Shown here in pieces: positions 41,248 to 58,236 of a stretch of 64,000 bases of DNA (position 1 is its first letter; every line of letters begins with the position of its first letter). The DNA is taken from NCBI RefSeq assembly GCF_009914755.1, contig NC_060927.1. One strand, 5' to 3'. This DNA comes from the human T2T-CHM13v2.0 reference genome, Homo sapiens. The position numbers and the translations under genes were made by a program. Under the pieces are notes generated by a model that was given only the letters and a program-made list of their open reading frames with translations, ran no database searches and was not told the origin of the DNA.

Positions 41248-44241
41248 GCTTCTATCTAGTCCAAGTCCTCTGATCCACGGAGGGGAATGAGATGACTCAC
41301 TTCTCCCTAAAACAGGAAGAGGGGCTTTAAAAATCTTAACTCCGCATATCCAGGGTATGCTCACCAACGGCCTGCTGGGACAGGGTGCAGCAGGCCCAGC
41401 CTGATGTGGCTGCTCAAAGGAACTAGGAGGAGGAAGTGAGGGACACACAGGAATTTCAGAACTGTTTTGTATGTGCCAGGATGGACAGGCACAGGCCAGG
41501 GGATGGGGCAGCAGAAAGGCCCCTCCCCCAACTGAGGGGTAAAATGCTTCCCTGTGCCCTGTGTATGAACCTGGAGACTGGGCTGGAGTCTGCCTGCTGG
41601 AAGGCAGGGGGGCAAAGGGCTTTCCAAGGGAGAAAGAAAACAGAGTATTTGTACTCATCCCTTCAAGACAGTGGGCTCAGCCCCTACCATGTGCTAGGCA
41701 CTGTTCCCTGCCCCACCCAGTTCCTGCAGCAATACACAGAAAGACATCTGCTTTCAAAACGGATGGTTTAGGGCCTGGGAAAAGGACAAGACTTAAATAA
41801 CTGAAGGAAGATCAGCATGAGAGGCACGAGACTGTAGAGCTCAAAGCCTTTGACCCGAGGGGCCATGGGGAGCACTAGAGGGATTTGAAGCAGGTTCAAG
41901 ATCAGAGCTACACTCTTCAAAGATCACTCTGTAGAATGCTAGCGTTTTAACAGAAAAATGGCAATAGCTTTGAAAGGGCCCTTTCCTAACAATGTTCAAA
42001 TCAATCCCAGCATAGTGCACAGAGGTAGAAAAGAAACAGGATATGTCATGAAAACCTCCATTGAAAAGAACACCTGAGAACACCCCACCCGTGAGGCTCA
42101 GACCAACAAGGCCTGCCCAAGACAGGCTGAAACAAAAGGAAACCCTGATAAATCTCACCACCCCTTCCACAAGCCCTGCACCAAGTAACAGCAGCCTACC
42201 ACTGGAGTGCAGAGGCTCTTTCTCCTCCTCCCGTCCACCGTTGCACAGGCATAGGAGACAGAGGTGGCGGGGCCTCCTGAATGGTATGTCTGAGGCTGCT
42301 GGAACACTGAGAAGAACTCTTCAGAGCTCCAGGCCCCACACCACTCCCCACCAGACTGACAACACTCCACACTAACAACCCAACAGAATGAAAGACAGGT
42401 CCTTTGCTAGGTATACTGTTTACCTCAGTCTCCACTATCCCATTACACACAAGGTCTAGCATTCAATAAAAAATTAGGATACATACCAAAAAGCAAGGCA
42501 AATAATGACTCCTTATCAAGAGATAAAGTAGTCAACAGAAACAGACCAAGGAGTAATGCACCCAGATGTTAGAACCCATCAAACAGGGACTTTAACCAAG
42601 GTGAGCATTATAAAAGATATAGTTGAAAAGGTGGACAGATAGGAAACTTCAGCCAAACAATGAAAACTATAGAAAAAAACATAAATGCAAGAAAAAAATA
42701 CAATGTTAGAGAAGAACAATTTTTAATTGGATATAGCACAGAAAAGAATCTGGAAATATAAAGAGGGGAAGAGAGAAAAAACAACCAACAACTCTGGGAC
42801 AATATCAAACTAAAGTACAGATAACTGGAGTCTGAGGGGGAAATAGTGGGGAAGGAGGGCAAGGCGGAAAGAAGAGACAGAGAACAAGGGAGGAGAAATA
42901 TTTGAAGAGATAATTGCTGAGACTTTCCCAAACGTAGTGCAAGACAAAACACTATGGATTCAAGAAGCTTAGAGCATCCCAAGCAGGATTAGTACAAAGA
43001 AAAACACATCTAAGTACATCATAGTTAAGCTGCTGAAACTTCAAAATAAAGAGAAAATCATCACTGTAGCCAGACAAAAAACATATGCAGAGGAATAAAT
43101 ATAACAATGACAGTAAAATTCTCAGAAAACATGCAATCCAGAAGATAATGGAGTGACAACTTTAAATATTGAAAGAAAAAAAAACCTCTAGTCCTAGTTT
43201 ACTGAAATTGAAAAATTATACCCAGGGAATACATCTTTAAAAATAAATTAGATGATAATTTAGATGAAATGGACTAATTCCTTGAAAGATACAAGCTGCC
43301 AAAACTCACACAAGCAGAAAGACACTCCAGATAAGCCTATATCTATTAAAGAAATTGAATCAATAATTGATAACCTTCCAAAACAGCACCAAGCTTGACT
43401 AAGCTCACTGGTGATTTCTATCAACCATTTAAGGAAGAAATTATACCAGTACTCTACAGTCTCTTCTAGAAGATAGAAACAGACGATTACTTCCTGACTC
43501 ATTCTGTGAGGCTAACATCACCCTAATAACAAAACCAGACAAAGACATTACAATAAAAAAAAAAAACCACTACAGACCAATATCTTTCATGAACATAGAT
43601 AAAAACACTCAACAAAAATACTAGAAAATTGAATCAAAGTATGTATAGAAAGAATTATATACCACAACCAAGTGGGCTTTATCTCAAGTATGCAAGACTG
43701 GTTCAACATTCAAAAATAATCAACAGGCTGAAAAAGAAAACTCACATGATCATATTAACAGATGCAGAAAAAGCATTTGACAAAATTTAACATCCATTAA
43801 ATGATAGAAACTCTCAGTAAACCAAGAGTAGAAGGAAACTTCCCCAACTTGGTAAAGAATATCTACAAAAACCCTACAACTAACATCATACCTGACGGTA
43901 AAAAATTCAAAGCTTTCTCACTAACCAGGAACGAAGCAAGGATGTCCCTTTGAACCACTCCTTTTTAGTATTGTACTGGAAGTCCTATCTAATGCAGTAA
44001 GACAAGAAAAGGAAAAGGTACAGATTGGGAAGGAAGAAATGAAACTTCGTTTGCTAATGACATGATTGTCCATATAGAAAATCTAAAAGAATCAACAAAA
44101 ATTCCTGGAACTAATAAGCAATTATAGCAAGGTTTCAGGATATAAGGTTAATATATAAAAGCCAATTGCTTGCCTATATACCAGCAACAAACAAGTGGAA
44201 TTTGAAATTAAAAACACAATATCATTTAAATTAGCACCCCA

Positions 44242-44890
44242 GGCTGGGTGCAGTGGCCCATATAACCCCAACACTTTGGGAGGCTAAGGTCAGAGGATCA
44301 TTTGAGGCCAGGAGTTTGAGACCAGCCTGGGCAACATAGAAATACCCCATCTGATATGGTTTGGATTTGTGCCTCCACCCAAATCTCTTGTCGAATTGTA
44401 ATCACCAATGTTGGAAGAGGTGACTGGATTATAGGGGCAGGCTTCCCTCTTGCTGTTCTCATGATAGTGAATTATGAGATCTGGTTGTTTATAAGCGTGT
44501 GGCACCTCCCCTCCTCTCTCTCTTCCTACTGCTCCAGCCATGTAAGACATGCCTGCTTCCCCTTCACCTTCTGCCATGATTGTAAGTTTCCTGAGGCCTC
44601 CCAAGCCATGTTTCCTGTAAAGCCTGTGGAACCATGAGCCAATTAAACCTCTTTTCTTATAAATTACCTAGTCTCAGGTAGTTCTTTATAGCAATGAGAG
44701 AAAAGACTAAATATACCATCTCTAAAAAAAAATAACTAGTAAAAAATAAAGTAACTGGGTGTGGTGGTGCATACCTGTAGTCCTAGCTTGAGGCTGCAGA
44801 GAGGTATGATTGAGCCACTGCACTCCAGCCTGGACTACTGCACCTCAGCCTAAGTGACAGCAAGACCCTGCCCCTAAATAAATAAATAAG
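44242..44890 (+). mobile_element. AluJ split by an LTR insertion
   Basis: Left arm 44242-44351; resumes at 44716 with the A-rich linker and a partial right arm. Confidence 0.85.
44352..44715 (+). mobile_element. MST(A)-like MaLR solo LTR
   Basis: Starts TGATATGGTTTGG, has ATTAAA poly(A) signal, ends gactaaatata; 5-bp TSD CCATC at 44347-44351 and 44716-44720. Confidence 0.9.
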
Positions 44891-45400
44891 CATCACAAAG
44901 AAATACTTAGGTATAAATCTAACAAAATATGTGCAAGATCTATATGAGGAAAACTATGAAACCCTGATGAAATTTAAAAACTAAATAAATGGAGAGATAT
45001 TTCATGTTCGCAAATTGGAAGGCTCAATATTGTCAAGATGTCAGTTCTTCTCAACTTCATCTACAAATTCAATGCAGTCCCAGTCAAAACCACAGCAAGT
45101 TATTTTGTAGATATTAACAGACTGGTTCAAAGTATATATGGAGAGGCAAAAGACACAGAATGGCCAACAAAATACTGAAAGTGAAGCGCAAAATTGGAGG
45201 ACTGACACTAACCAACTTCAAGATTTACTATAAAGCTACAGTAATCAAAACAGTGTCATATTGGTGAATAGATCAATGGAACAGAACAGAGAGCCCAGAA
45301 ATAGACCCATATAAATGTAGCCAACTGGTCTTTGACAAGTCATCAAAGGCAGCACAATAGAGCAAGAAAGTCTTTTCAACAAAGGGAGCTGGAATAACTA

Positions 45401-45441
<41 letters not shown>

Positions 45442-46808
45442 AATATAGACAAAGACCTTATACCCTGCACAAAAATTAACTCAAAATGGATCACAGACCT
45501 AAATGTAAAATATAAAACTATAAAACTCCTAGAAGATAACACAGGAGAAAGAACCTCTAGATGACCTTGGGCTTGACGATGACTTTATATATTATGACAC
45601 CAAAGGCACAGTCCATGAAAGAAATAATTGATAAGCTGGACTTCAATCAAATGTGAGTTTTCTACTTTGCTAAAGACACTACCAAGAGAATTAATAGACA
45701 AGTCACAGACGAGAAGTAAATCTTTGCAAAAGATACACCTTATAAAGGACTACTATGTAAATACACAAATAAATATATTCTTAAAACTCAATAACAGATA
45801 ACCCGATTAAAGAATGGCCCAAAGACCTTAACAGACACCTCACTAAAGAAGACAGACAGATGGCAAAGATGCATATGAGAAGATCGTCCACATCATATGT
45901 CATCAGGAAAATGCAAATTAAAACAAGAGTGAGACACTACTATACACATATTAGAATGGCCAAAATCCAGACACTGACAACATCACATGCTGACAAGGAT
46001 GTGAGGCAACAGGAACTTTCATTCATAGCTGGTGGGAGTGCTAAATGGTACAGCCACTTTGGAAGACAGTTTGGTGATTTCTTGTAAAAATCAACACACT
46101 CTTACCACATGATCCAGCAATTGTGCTCCTTGGTATTTACCCAAAGGAACTGAAAACTATGTCCAAACAAAAACCAGGAAATAAATATTTATGGCAGTTT
46201 TATTCATAACTGCCCAAAGCTGGAAGGAACCAAGATATCCTTCAGTAGGTGAATGGATAAATAAACTGTGGTACATCCTGACAATGGAATATCATTTAGT
46301 GCTAAAAAGAAATGAGCCAGAAAGCCATGAAAAAACAAGGAGGAAACTTAAATGCATAATTACTAAACGAAAGAAGCCAATCAGAAAAGGCTACAAACCG
46401 TATGAGTTCAACGATATTACATCCTGAAAAAGGCAAAACTATGGAGACAGTAAAACGATCAGTGGTTACCAGGAGTTGGGAGAGGGATAAACAGGCAGGC
46501 CACAAAGGATTTTTAGGGCGGGGAACTAATCTGTTTTCTGTACAGTGGTGGATACAGGTCATTTTTGTCCAAACCTATAGAATGTGCAATACCAAGAGTG
46601 AACCCTAATGTAAACTATGGGCTTTAGGTGATAATGATGTGCTAATATAGGTTTATTATTTGTAATAAATGTACCACTTTAGTGCGAGGATGTTGTTAAT
46701 GGGAGGATTATGCACGTGTAGGGGCAAAGGTTATATGGGAAATCTCTTCACCCTCCTCTCGATTTTGCTGTGAGCCTGAAACTGCCTTTTTAAACAGTAT
46801 TTTAAAAC

Positions 46809-47212
46809 TATAATAGAGCCTGACTCCATTTTTGATGTTTGACTACCGATAGCTTTCAAGCTCCATCCCTCCCTCTTCCCCTCTTGCCCCACACCTGGGC
46901 AAGTGAATAAAAAAGCTCTGGCATTCCTGCCTGGAGTATCAACAGGGAGGTTCAAGTCATGCAAATCCAATTCACGTGTGGGATTCTCACCTTGACTCCA
47001 CTCCCTAACTATAATAATAACCAGGAACACTCACCTCTTCCTTCACAGACAAGCCTGGGTGCTTGCCCTCCTCACCCTATAAAGCTCCATTATGTGAGCA
47101 ATAAACCTTATGGTAGCCACTTGGTGTGTGTGTGATGTCATTAGTCTCAACATTCAAACCAACTTTGGGTGGTGGGGGGTTGATCCCACCCTCCATGGGC
47201 AACCACAAGACA
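46809..47212 (+). mobile_element. Probable ERV1-class solo LTR (family undetermined)
   Basis: gactccatttt near the 5' end, TATAAAA at about 47078, AATAAA at about 47100, ends CA; 4-bp TSD AAAC. Confidence 0.55.
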
Positions 47213-47219
47213 AAACAAT

Positions 47220-50160
<2,941 letters not shown>

Positions 50161-51388
50161 TCACCAACAAAATCCTACATGCGACTGAATTCTGGATCTT
50201 GTTAAGTAAATCAAATCTATGAAGGGGAAAGGTATAAAGAAACTTGAGGGTAGTAGTAACCTCTGAGCAGGGAGGCATTCCTGGGGGTTTTCATTTGCAC
50301 CAATCACATTTTATTTCTTGATCTAGATGACAGGCACATGTGTGTTTGTTGTTGTGTAGTTTTACAGAAGGTCTGCAGTAAATGACAATAATTAAAATTG
50401 ACAAGATCAAGAGGCAAAACAGGAGCTTCGCCAGGGGGCAGCAAGCCTACCCTGCAGGAGTGAAGACAGACGCCTTCTTCCTGAGGTGGCGGCAGGTCAT
50501 TTACTCTTCCGGGTCCCAATCATTTGAAAACCCCACCCCGTATCACAACTCTGCTCCAACACCTCCCCTTGATACTCCCACCCTCCCCACACAAGGGAGG
50601 GGCCTGCTACCCAAAGGGAACTCCTTGAGGACAGGGACTCCTAAGCTGCTAGCGTAGTGCCCTCTCAGGCCCGCAGGCTGGGTGGGTGGGCAGACTGACT
50701 GGTGTGAGGTAGGAGTTCCAGGGAAGCAGCCCCTTCCACTTCCCTGGGCTGCCTGGGCAGGGAAGGAGCTGCCTGGCATTGGCAGGATGGAAGGTGGGCA
50801 GGAATGGGAGCAGGGAAAAACAGGATAGCATGCGTGTTCATTTCCATGTGTTGGGGTCGGAGTCCTCCCTGCCATGGGTGGGGTCTGAAGTTGGTGAGGT
50901 AGCATCCAAGGCTTCCCTTTTGACTCTGGGTGCCTGCACTCCCAGCCCACTCTGTTTCCTGAAACCAACCATGTCCAGGCCCAGTCTAGTGCCTGGACCA
51001 GAAGAGGAAGATGTGGCTTTGCCAACTGACAAGCACGAGGAAGAACAGACTTTTGCCTGCTCTACCTTCCAGTCAAGAGGAAAAGACTCATGTGACATGA
51101 GTCCTCCCGCGGCACTGGGCAGCCCCACCAAGCCACACCTTCCATCTGGCCGGCTGGCCTTGGTGCTGGACACCTGGTCCCTGTAGCACCACTGTGTGGG
51201 AGGCAAGGCTTTGGTCAACTTGAAACCCCCACCCCCAATGCCAGTGATGGCCACAGTGGGTGGATCAAGCAGAGAGAGGAGTAACAAACATGGGGGCCAC
51301 CACGTCCTACTGGTTATGGCTGGTGGCTTTCATTGCCATAGCCCTTTGTTGCATCAGCTAACAATTCTCATTTCAAATTCTCAAATCA

Positions 51389-51711
<323 letters not shown>

Positions 51712-54179
51712 CTATTGACAAGTTTGCTACATTTTGTGGTCAGAAAACGGATTGCTTTATACGACAAGACAGATTTCCATGTAATTTTGAGCATGTGGCC
51801 AATTGCACAAGACATTTTATAACTTTGGTAGAGTGAAGTTGCAAAAGGATCATGCCCAGAAGAAGATGCTTACGCACCATTCCAGGAGTACCCATACTTG
51901 CAACATGTCTGCCTGCAGAGTCGCACAGCTAGAGTACTGAGGAAGCTTCCTGAAAGGGCCCTTCGCACAGGCCTCCCAGCAGCACTTTCTTCCTCACCAC
52001 ATCTTGGTGTGCACACATGTTTTCTTTCTAGCTCTTGGCCAGTGCAGTGTACTGTGCCCTGTAGGATTAGATCCTTTGGCCATTACAGTCCTAGCTTTCA
52101 CTGGTCACCCAAGAGGAGAAGACAGAACTCTGGAGAGAGGCCGAGCCACACCAGCCTAGTCCTGCATGCAAAATGATGCCTCAAACTTGCTCAGCCTTTG
52201 AGGAGCTCAGGCTGGACAAGGCCAATGATAAATAATGATTCCACTTTGGGGACAACCTGGGAGCATGTCAACATTTCCAGAAAAACAGATGCAATTTAAA
52301 GGTATAGCCCTTTGTCTCAGCAATCCTGCTTACAGGAATTTAATCAAGAGAGTGCTCTGCACAACCATAGAAAAACAAGCACAAGGGCCCTGTCCCTGTG
52401 TTGTTTACAGTGGCAAAGAATTATAAACAACCTAACACTCCCCTAATAGGGTACTGCCCATTAAAAAGTGAGTCCATCCACATGAAAGGACCCTGTTAAC
52501 ACATTTAAAAAGTGGCCACCATAGCCCATTGTGGACAAGGCTCAGGTAGGCCTAGCACAAAGCTCAGCTACTCATGAGCTTCAAAGCCCAGAAAGTTACT
52601 TTACAGCCCTGAATCTTGGCACCCTGAAGTCAGCACTGCCCCAGGCTTGCACTTGACCTTCACACCTGTCACTGTGCCCACAGGCCAGGCTGATGATGAC
52701 AGTCTTTTGGGGAAACTGCAAAACATGTGGTAAGGGCCATGGCCACCTGTGCCCATCTGGGGGTCATTTGCCAAAGGAGGATTCAGGGCAGGTCACCTGC
52801 TTTTTTCCATCTGGCCTTCTAGTACTGGCTTTGACCTGCAATCTCTGTGAGACCTCGAACAAGATTCCCTACATGCTAGGCTGGGCTTTGTGTGGGTAAG
52901 AACACACTGCTCTGTGGCTGCCTTTATCTGATCATACAGCTCCATTAAACCATGGGACCAAACTGAGTTATATTAACAGGAGCAGCTACCCCTGCTGAGC
53001 ACGTCACATGGGTTATCACATTTAAGTCACCAAAGATGCTGGGTGGGGTGGAGGGTCTTCATCATCACTCCGTCACCATCAGCCCCATGTCACAGAGAGG
53101 GAAACGAGCCTGAAGAGGTCGAGCCCCTGCCCCATGTCAAGCCAAAGGCTGGGACCCCCTCCACCACAGGCCCAGCCAACAAAGCCACATCACAGAAGCC
53201 AAAAGGTCATAGTCAGCATGCAAAAAGGTGCAAGACACCAAGTTCCCATGCCAGGGGTCTCAAGCCAAGAAGGCTTGGCTGCTTTCCTACAGCCCAGCAG
53301 AGCCTCCCAGGAGCACAACCGTCTGAATACCCAGCCCTGTGGTGGGCTGAGGGGAGTGCAGTGCAGTGGCCCAGGGTGGGAAGGATCCCAGTTTGAGAAT
53401 GAGACCTGGCTGGGCCCAGAGGCGGTGGTGGTCCAGGGAGTAACCCTGGGCAGCTGCTCCTCCTCTCTCAGGAATCTCATGCCACCCCCAACCCAGGCCT
53501 CCATCTCCCTAAGACAGTGGGACAAGCTTCCTCATGGCCCCCCAGGCCCTCTTGTCCTAAGCCCGACCAGGCCAGGCCCCGGCCTCTGTAGCCATCATCC
53601 CACTGTGAGCATCGCTCCCTGGGATCCAGGTGCATGGTCCACCTTCCCTTCCTCCCCAGGGCCTTTGCACATGCTGTTCTCTCCTCCAGGTACAGGTGCT
53701 AACCTCCTTTCACCTACTCACTCCTCACCTTCCCTCAGGCATGGATTGCCCTCCTCACCACTGACCACATCCATCCTGGGACTTCTCTGTGCCACTTACT
53801 GGGACCTCAACAGGCTAATAGTGAGATGAGCTGTGGAAAGCCCACATCCCTGGCTGAGGGCTCCACGCCCTTGCCTCCCACCATGTGCTGAGCTTGGCCT
53901 GAGGCTGGCGCTGCGTCATGCTGGCCAAGGGGACACATGCAGGGGATGAGGCTGCACGTGGCCTACAGCAAACCCAACCTGCGCAGTCTGAGATGTGGAT
54001 GCTGAGCTCATACACCTGTGCCAGGACCAACAGAAGGCACCCCCTGGGAATGTTCTAGATCCAGACCTGGTGATGGTTACCCAGGCATACACACAGATCA
54101 AAACCAACATGATGGACACTTCGTATGTCTGTTGCACCTCAATTAAAATGTTTAAAACAATTTTTTGAAAGCATTTTCT

Positions 54180-54448
54180 GGGCTGAGGCAGGATTGCTTG
54201 ATGCAGTTGAGGAGTTGAAGACCAGCCTGGGCAACATAGCAAAACCCAGAAATTTTTTCTAAAAAAAAACTTGTTTTTTAATTAGCCAGGCACGGTGGTG
54301 TGTACCTATAGTCCTAGCTACTCAGAAGGCTGAGGCAGGAGAATCACTTCAGCCCAGGAGTTCAAGGCTGCAGTGAGCTAGCACTGTTCCACTGTACTCC
54401 AGCATGGGCAATAGAGCAAGACCCTGTCTCTAAAAGAAAAAAAAAAAA
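54180..54448 (+). mobile_element. AluJ, 5'-truncated
   Basis: J-type Alu sequence with A tail. Confidence 0.85.
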
Positions 54449-55012
54449 GGGCATTTTCTTTAGTGTCAAGTTTCTCTTTCCAGGAATCTCATCTCCCACA
54501 TATTGATACATAATTAACAACTGAATTGGAAACTGCTACCTGGGAGATGATTCTGGACAGTGTGGACGAGGCCATACCACTTGGCCCCTTGTGCCCTGGC
54601 TGCTCGGGCGTAGCCCACCTGCCCTCTGGATCCTCTTGGTAAAAAGGGGCAGATGGGACTGGGCTGAGGCTACAGGCTGCCAACAAAACCCGAGGTGGAG
54701 CCCTGAAGTCTGACATCGCATCAGAGCTCTGCCAGGCCGCACCGTGTGACCCAGGGCAGGGTTTCCTGTTGGTAAGGCGTGGGCGCTGGCCTCTGCGGGC
54801 ACCTCCGATGCCTGTGGCTCCTCTGAAGTAAGTCTGCCCTCCTGCCTCCCCTCTGCTGCCCCACTGTGGGTGCTTCCTCAGCCTGGGAACCTTGTGCTCC
54901 ACATTCCAGGCCTCTGCCCTCTGCACACATCCCTCCACTCTCTAGCTGCTTCACCACTTTCTAAAACCTTCACGGTGGTCTATACCAAAAGCAGAGTGTA
55001 TGTAAGGTGGGA

Positions 55013-55320
55013 GGCCGGGCGCGGTGGCTCACATCTGTAATCCCAGCACTTTGGGAGGCTGAGGTGGGCAGATCACCTAAGGTCAGGAGTTCAAGACCAG
55101 CCTGGCCAACATGGCAAAACCTCATCTCTACTAAAAATACAAAAATTAGCCGGGTGTGGTGGCACACGCCTTGTAGTCCCAGCTACTCGAGGCTTAGGCA
55201 AAAGAATCGCTTGAACCTGGGAGGCAGAGGTTGCCATGAGCCAAGATCATATCACTGCACTCCAACCTGGGCGACAGAGTGAGACTCTGTCTCAAAAAAA
55301 AAAAAAAAAAAAAAAAAAAA
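55013..55320 (+). mobile_element. AluS
   Basis: Full length with long A tail. Confidence 0.92.
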
Positions 55321-56824
55321 GAGACTGTAAGATTGGAAACCTGGAGTTCTAACACCCAGGCAAGGGTGGGGGGCCCAGGCCGCTCAACCTCCACGGATGG
55401 CTCCTCAGGGTAACCTACTATTTCTTCTCCCTTGCAGGCGTGTCTGTGGATCCAGTCTGTGCAGGTGCTGCGGGCGCCCAGCCATGGGTAGGAGGCAGGG
55501 TACAACAGAGGTCGCTGCTGGGGAGACCCGAATCCCTTAGGGGCCCCTCCCAGAGTCAAGCACCTGATAGACTAGGGGATGGGGGATACAGTGCCTCAGG
55601 CTGGCCCCTGAGGAAGACTGGCCACTGTGCTCCAGATGTGTACTCCCTGCACTCTGGGCTGCACTGTGCCTGGGTGAGTGGCATCTGCAGCACAGAGGGC
55701 CTCGGGTGAAAGTAGGGAGGTGGGTATGGGTAACCCGGAGCACAGCCAGAGGCAGACCGAGGGGATAGAAGGCGCTGGTGTCCCAGCTCTTATGCAGTCA
55801 CATAGCAGCAAAAGAAAGACAACTGCTGTTCCCTCTCCAGGGGAGATGAAGGCTCTCCTCATGGGCAGGCTTCAGAGGCCAGGAGTTACCAAGCTCCCAC
55901 CTGGCAGAGCCCATCATGGAGCTGCTCTTCCTGCCATGTGCATTCACTTACAGACAGCAGTGGGGGAGAGCTAGAAGCTCCCAGAGCCACGTACACAGCA
56001 GGCACTCAATAAACGCTTGTCATGTGACTGGTATATAAAAATGCACTATCCGGGGAGGAAAAGCAGACACAGAAGCAGAGGCCTAGGGGGTAGTAGCTTC
56101 TCTCATAAGGATGAGGCTGGTGCTGCAGAATCTGCCCACTTTTGTCCACCCCTTGGACACCACCTGGATCAGGCCCCATCATCTCCACTGGGACCCTCCT
56201 CACAACATACTAGCAGTGTCCCTGCTACTAGTGCTGCCTCCTCAGGCTACCCCAGAACCAACTCTCCACAGAGTAGCCAGGGTGATGTCAGAACAAGCGG
56301 GGAGCCCGGACCAGCAGAAGGAGAAAAAGATATGGGCGAGGGTCAGCTGGGGACTCACCAAGGTGACTTCACACACATGAGGCAATTAAAAGACCGACTT
56401 CTCTGTATAGTCCAGGCAGGGGTCTGAACGGGAGAATGCAATACCACCTATAAAACATCCTTGCCCAAAAGTTCAAACCTGAATCTGATCACACTTCTAG
56501 ATCAATCCACCGACTCACAAGAAACGCAAAGGTCAGAGCAACTTGCAAAGGTCCATCATCAGCAGAATCCAAGTGCAGGGAAACCCCACACAGTTCTTCA
56601 ACAATAAATCCAAGTATAGAATGGATAAATGAGAGAGAGATGAGAGAGAGGAAGGGAAGCCTACAGGCTGTGAGAGGAACAAGATCCAACCATGAGAATG
56701 TGCTGCTCTTCACTGGACCCTGCTCATCTGAACACTGAGTGCGTATGTGAGGATGTCAAGATATCATTATTTGTCAGACATGACTATGATTCTGCAGTTA
56801 TGTTGTTTAAACTCACCCTTTCAG

Positions 56825-57480
56825 GAACCTTTGTACATTGTTTGTGGGAATGCAAATTAGTACAGCCACTGTGGAAAACAATATGGAGATGCCTCAAAAC
56901 ACTAAAAATAGAAATATCATATAATCCAACAATCCCACTACTGGGCTGGGTATATAGAAGAAAGGAAGTCAATATATCAAAGAGATATCTGCACATTCAT
57001 GTTTACTGCAGCACTATTCCCAATAGCCAAGACATGGAATCAACCTAAGTACCCATTAATGGACAAACAGATTTTTTAAAAATGTGATCCATATACACAA
57101 TGGAGTACTATTCAACCATCACAAAGAATGAGTTCCTGTCATTTGCAGCAACACTGATGGAAATGGAGGTCGTTATGTTAAGTGAAATAAGCCAAGCACA
57201 GAAAGTCAAAAATCACATTCTCACTCATGGTGCGGAGGCTAAAAAAGTGGATCTCAGGAAGATAGGGAGTAGATGGGTAGTTATCAGAGTTCAGGAAGGG
57301 AAGGGAGGATGGAGGGTTAAAGATAGACAGTTAGATAGAAGAATTATCTAATATACAGTTAGATAGAAGAAATGAGATCTAGTATTTGACAGGTCAGTAT
57401 GGTGACTGTAGTTAACAACCTGTTATACATTTCAAAATAACTAGAAGAGAATAATTCAACTATTTCTAACGGTAAATATT
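56825..57480 (+). mobile_element. L1MA-type 3' fragment
   Basis: aattagtacagccactgtggaaaac, atggaatcaacctaagt, gttatgttaagtgaaataagcca. Confidence 0.85.
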
Positions 57481-57484
57481 TAAG

Positions 57485-57774
57485 GGTGGCTCACACCTGT
57501 AATCTCAGCACCTTGGGAGGCAGAGGTGGAGGTGGGAGGACTGCTTGAGGCCAGGAGTTCAAGACCAGCTTGGGAAACATTGTGAAACCCCATGTCTACA
57601 AAAAAATTTTTTTATTAGCTGGACATGGTAGCAGACACCTGTAGTCCCAGCTCCTTAGAAGGCTGAGGTGGGAGGATTGCTTGAGCCCAGGAGTTCAAGG
57701 TTACGTGAGCTATGATCTTGCCACTGTACTCCAGCCTGGATGACAGAGAAAGACCTTGTCTCAAAAAAAAAAAA
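57485..57774 (+). mobile_element. AluJ
   Basis: J-type Alu. Confidence 0.87.
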
Positions 57775-58165
57775 GTTATCTAGGATTTGGCTTACAATCA
57801 CCCTAGGGATTAGGGGGACATACAAAACAGGACCCCCACGAGGTGAGGCTAACAAAGTTATGTGAAGAGAACACAAAATTCCCATCTCCATCATCTCTTC
57901 TGGCTAATTTTATACAGGTTTCAAATCTTCCATGATAAAAAGGATTTTTGTAGTTGTTGTTTGTTTGAAATCTCAGATCCCACCAGAGGAGTGAAGGAAA
58001 GCAGAAAGGTGGGAACATCTCTGTGGCACAGGGCCTGGCCGACAGCGAGGGATTTCCAACGATTCCCCAGAAGTTTGGGGTGTTCTGCAAATGCTCATTG
58101 CCAGCTTCCTTTTTCAAGTAAACTTTTAACCCATCTTTTTGAAATCTCAGTTAAAAAATACCCAC

Positions 58166-58236
58166 CTCACATCCAGAAGTGACAGGATACGGTGCACTCT
58201 GTGACCGGGGCTGGCCTACACACTCTTTGTGATTGT
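58166..58236 (-). other. CHDH: CHDH 5'UTR exon 2 (71 nt, non-coding)
   Basis: Acceptor cttatctctctcag|ACAATC and donor GTGAG|gtgggt in unique sequence; agrees with my recollection of the CHDH leader. Confidence 0.75.

Larger units (their letters stand above)
42420..46800 (+). mobile_element. Old degenerate LINE-1 (L1M-type ORF1/ORF2/3' end), interrupted by other elements; antisense to CHDH
   Basis: L1 ORF2 hallmarks (gatgaaatggac, agatgcagaaaaagcatttgacaaaat, gatcaatggaacagaacagagagcccagaaata), many stops, internal (CA)n at 45402-45435. Confidence 0.9.

Noticed and set aside
41307-41658. Apparent N-terminal extension of CHDH in the 438-aa ORF
   Set aside because: Lies upstream of the exon 3 acceptor at 41306 and is intronic.
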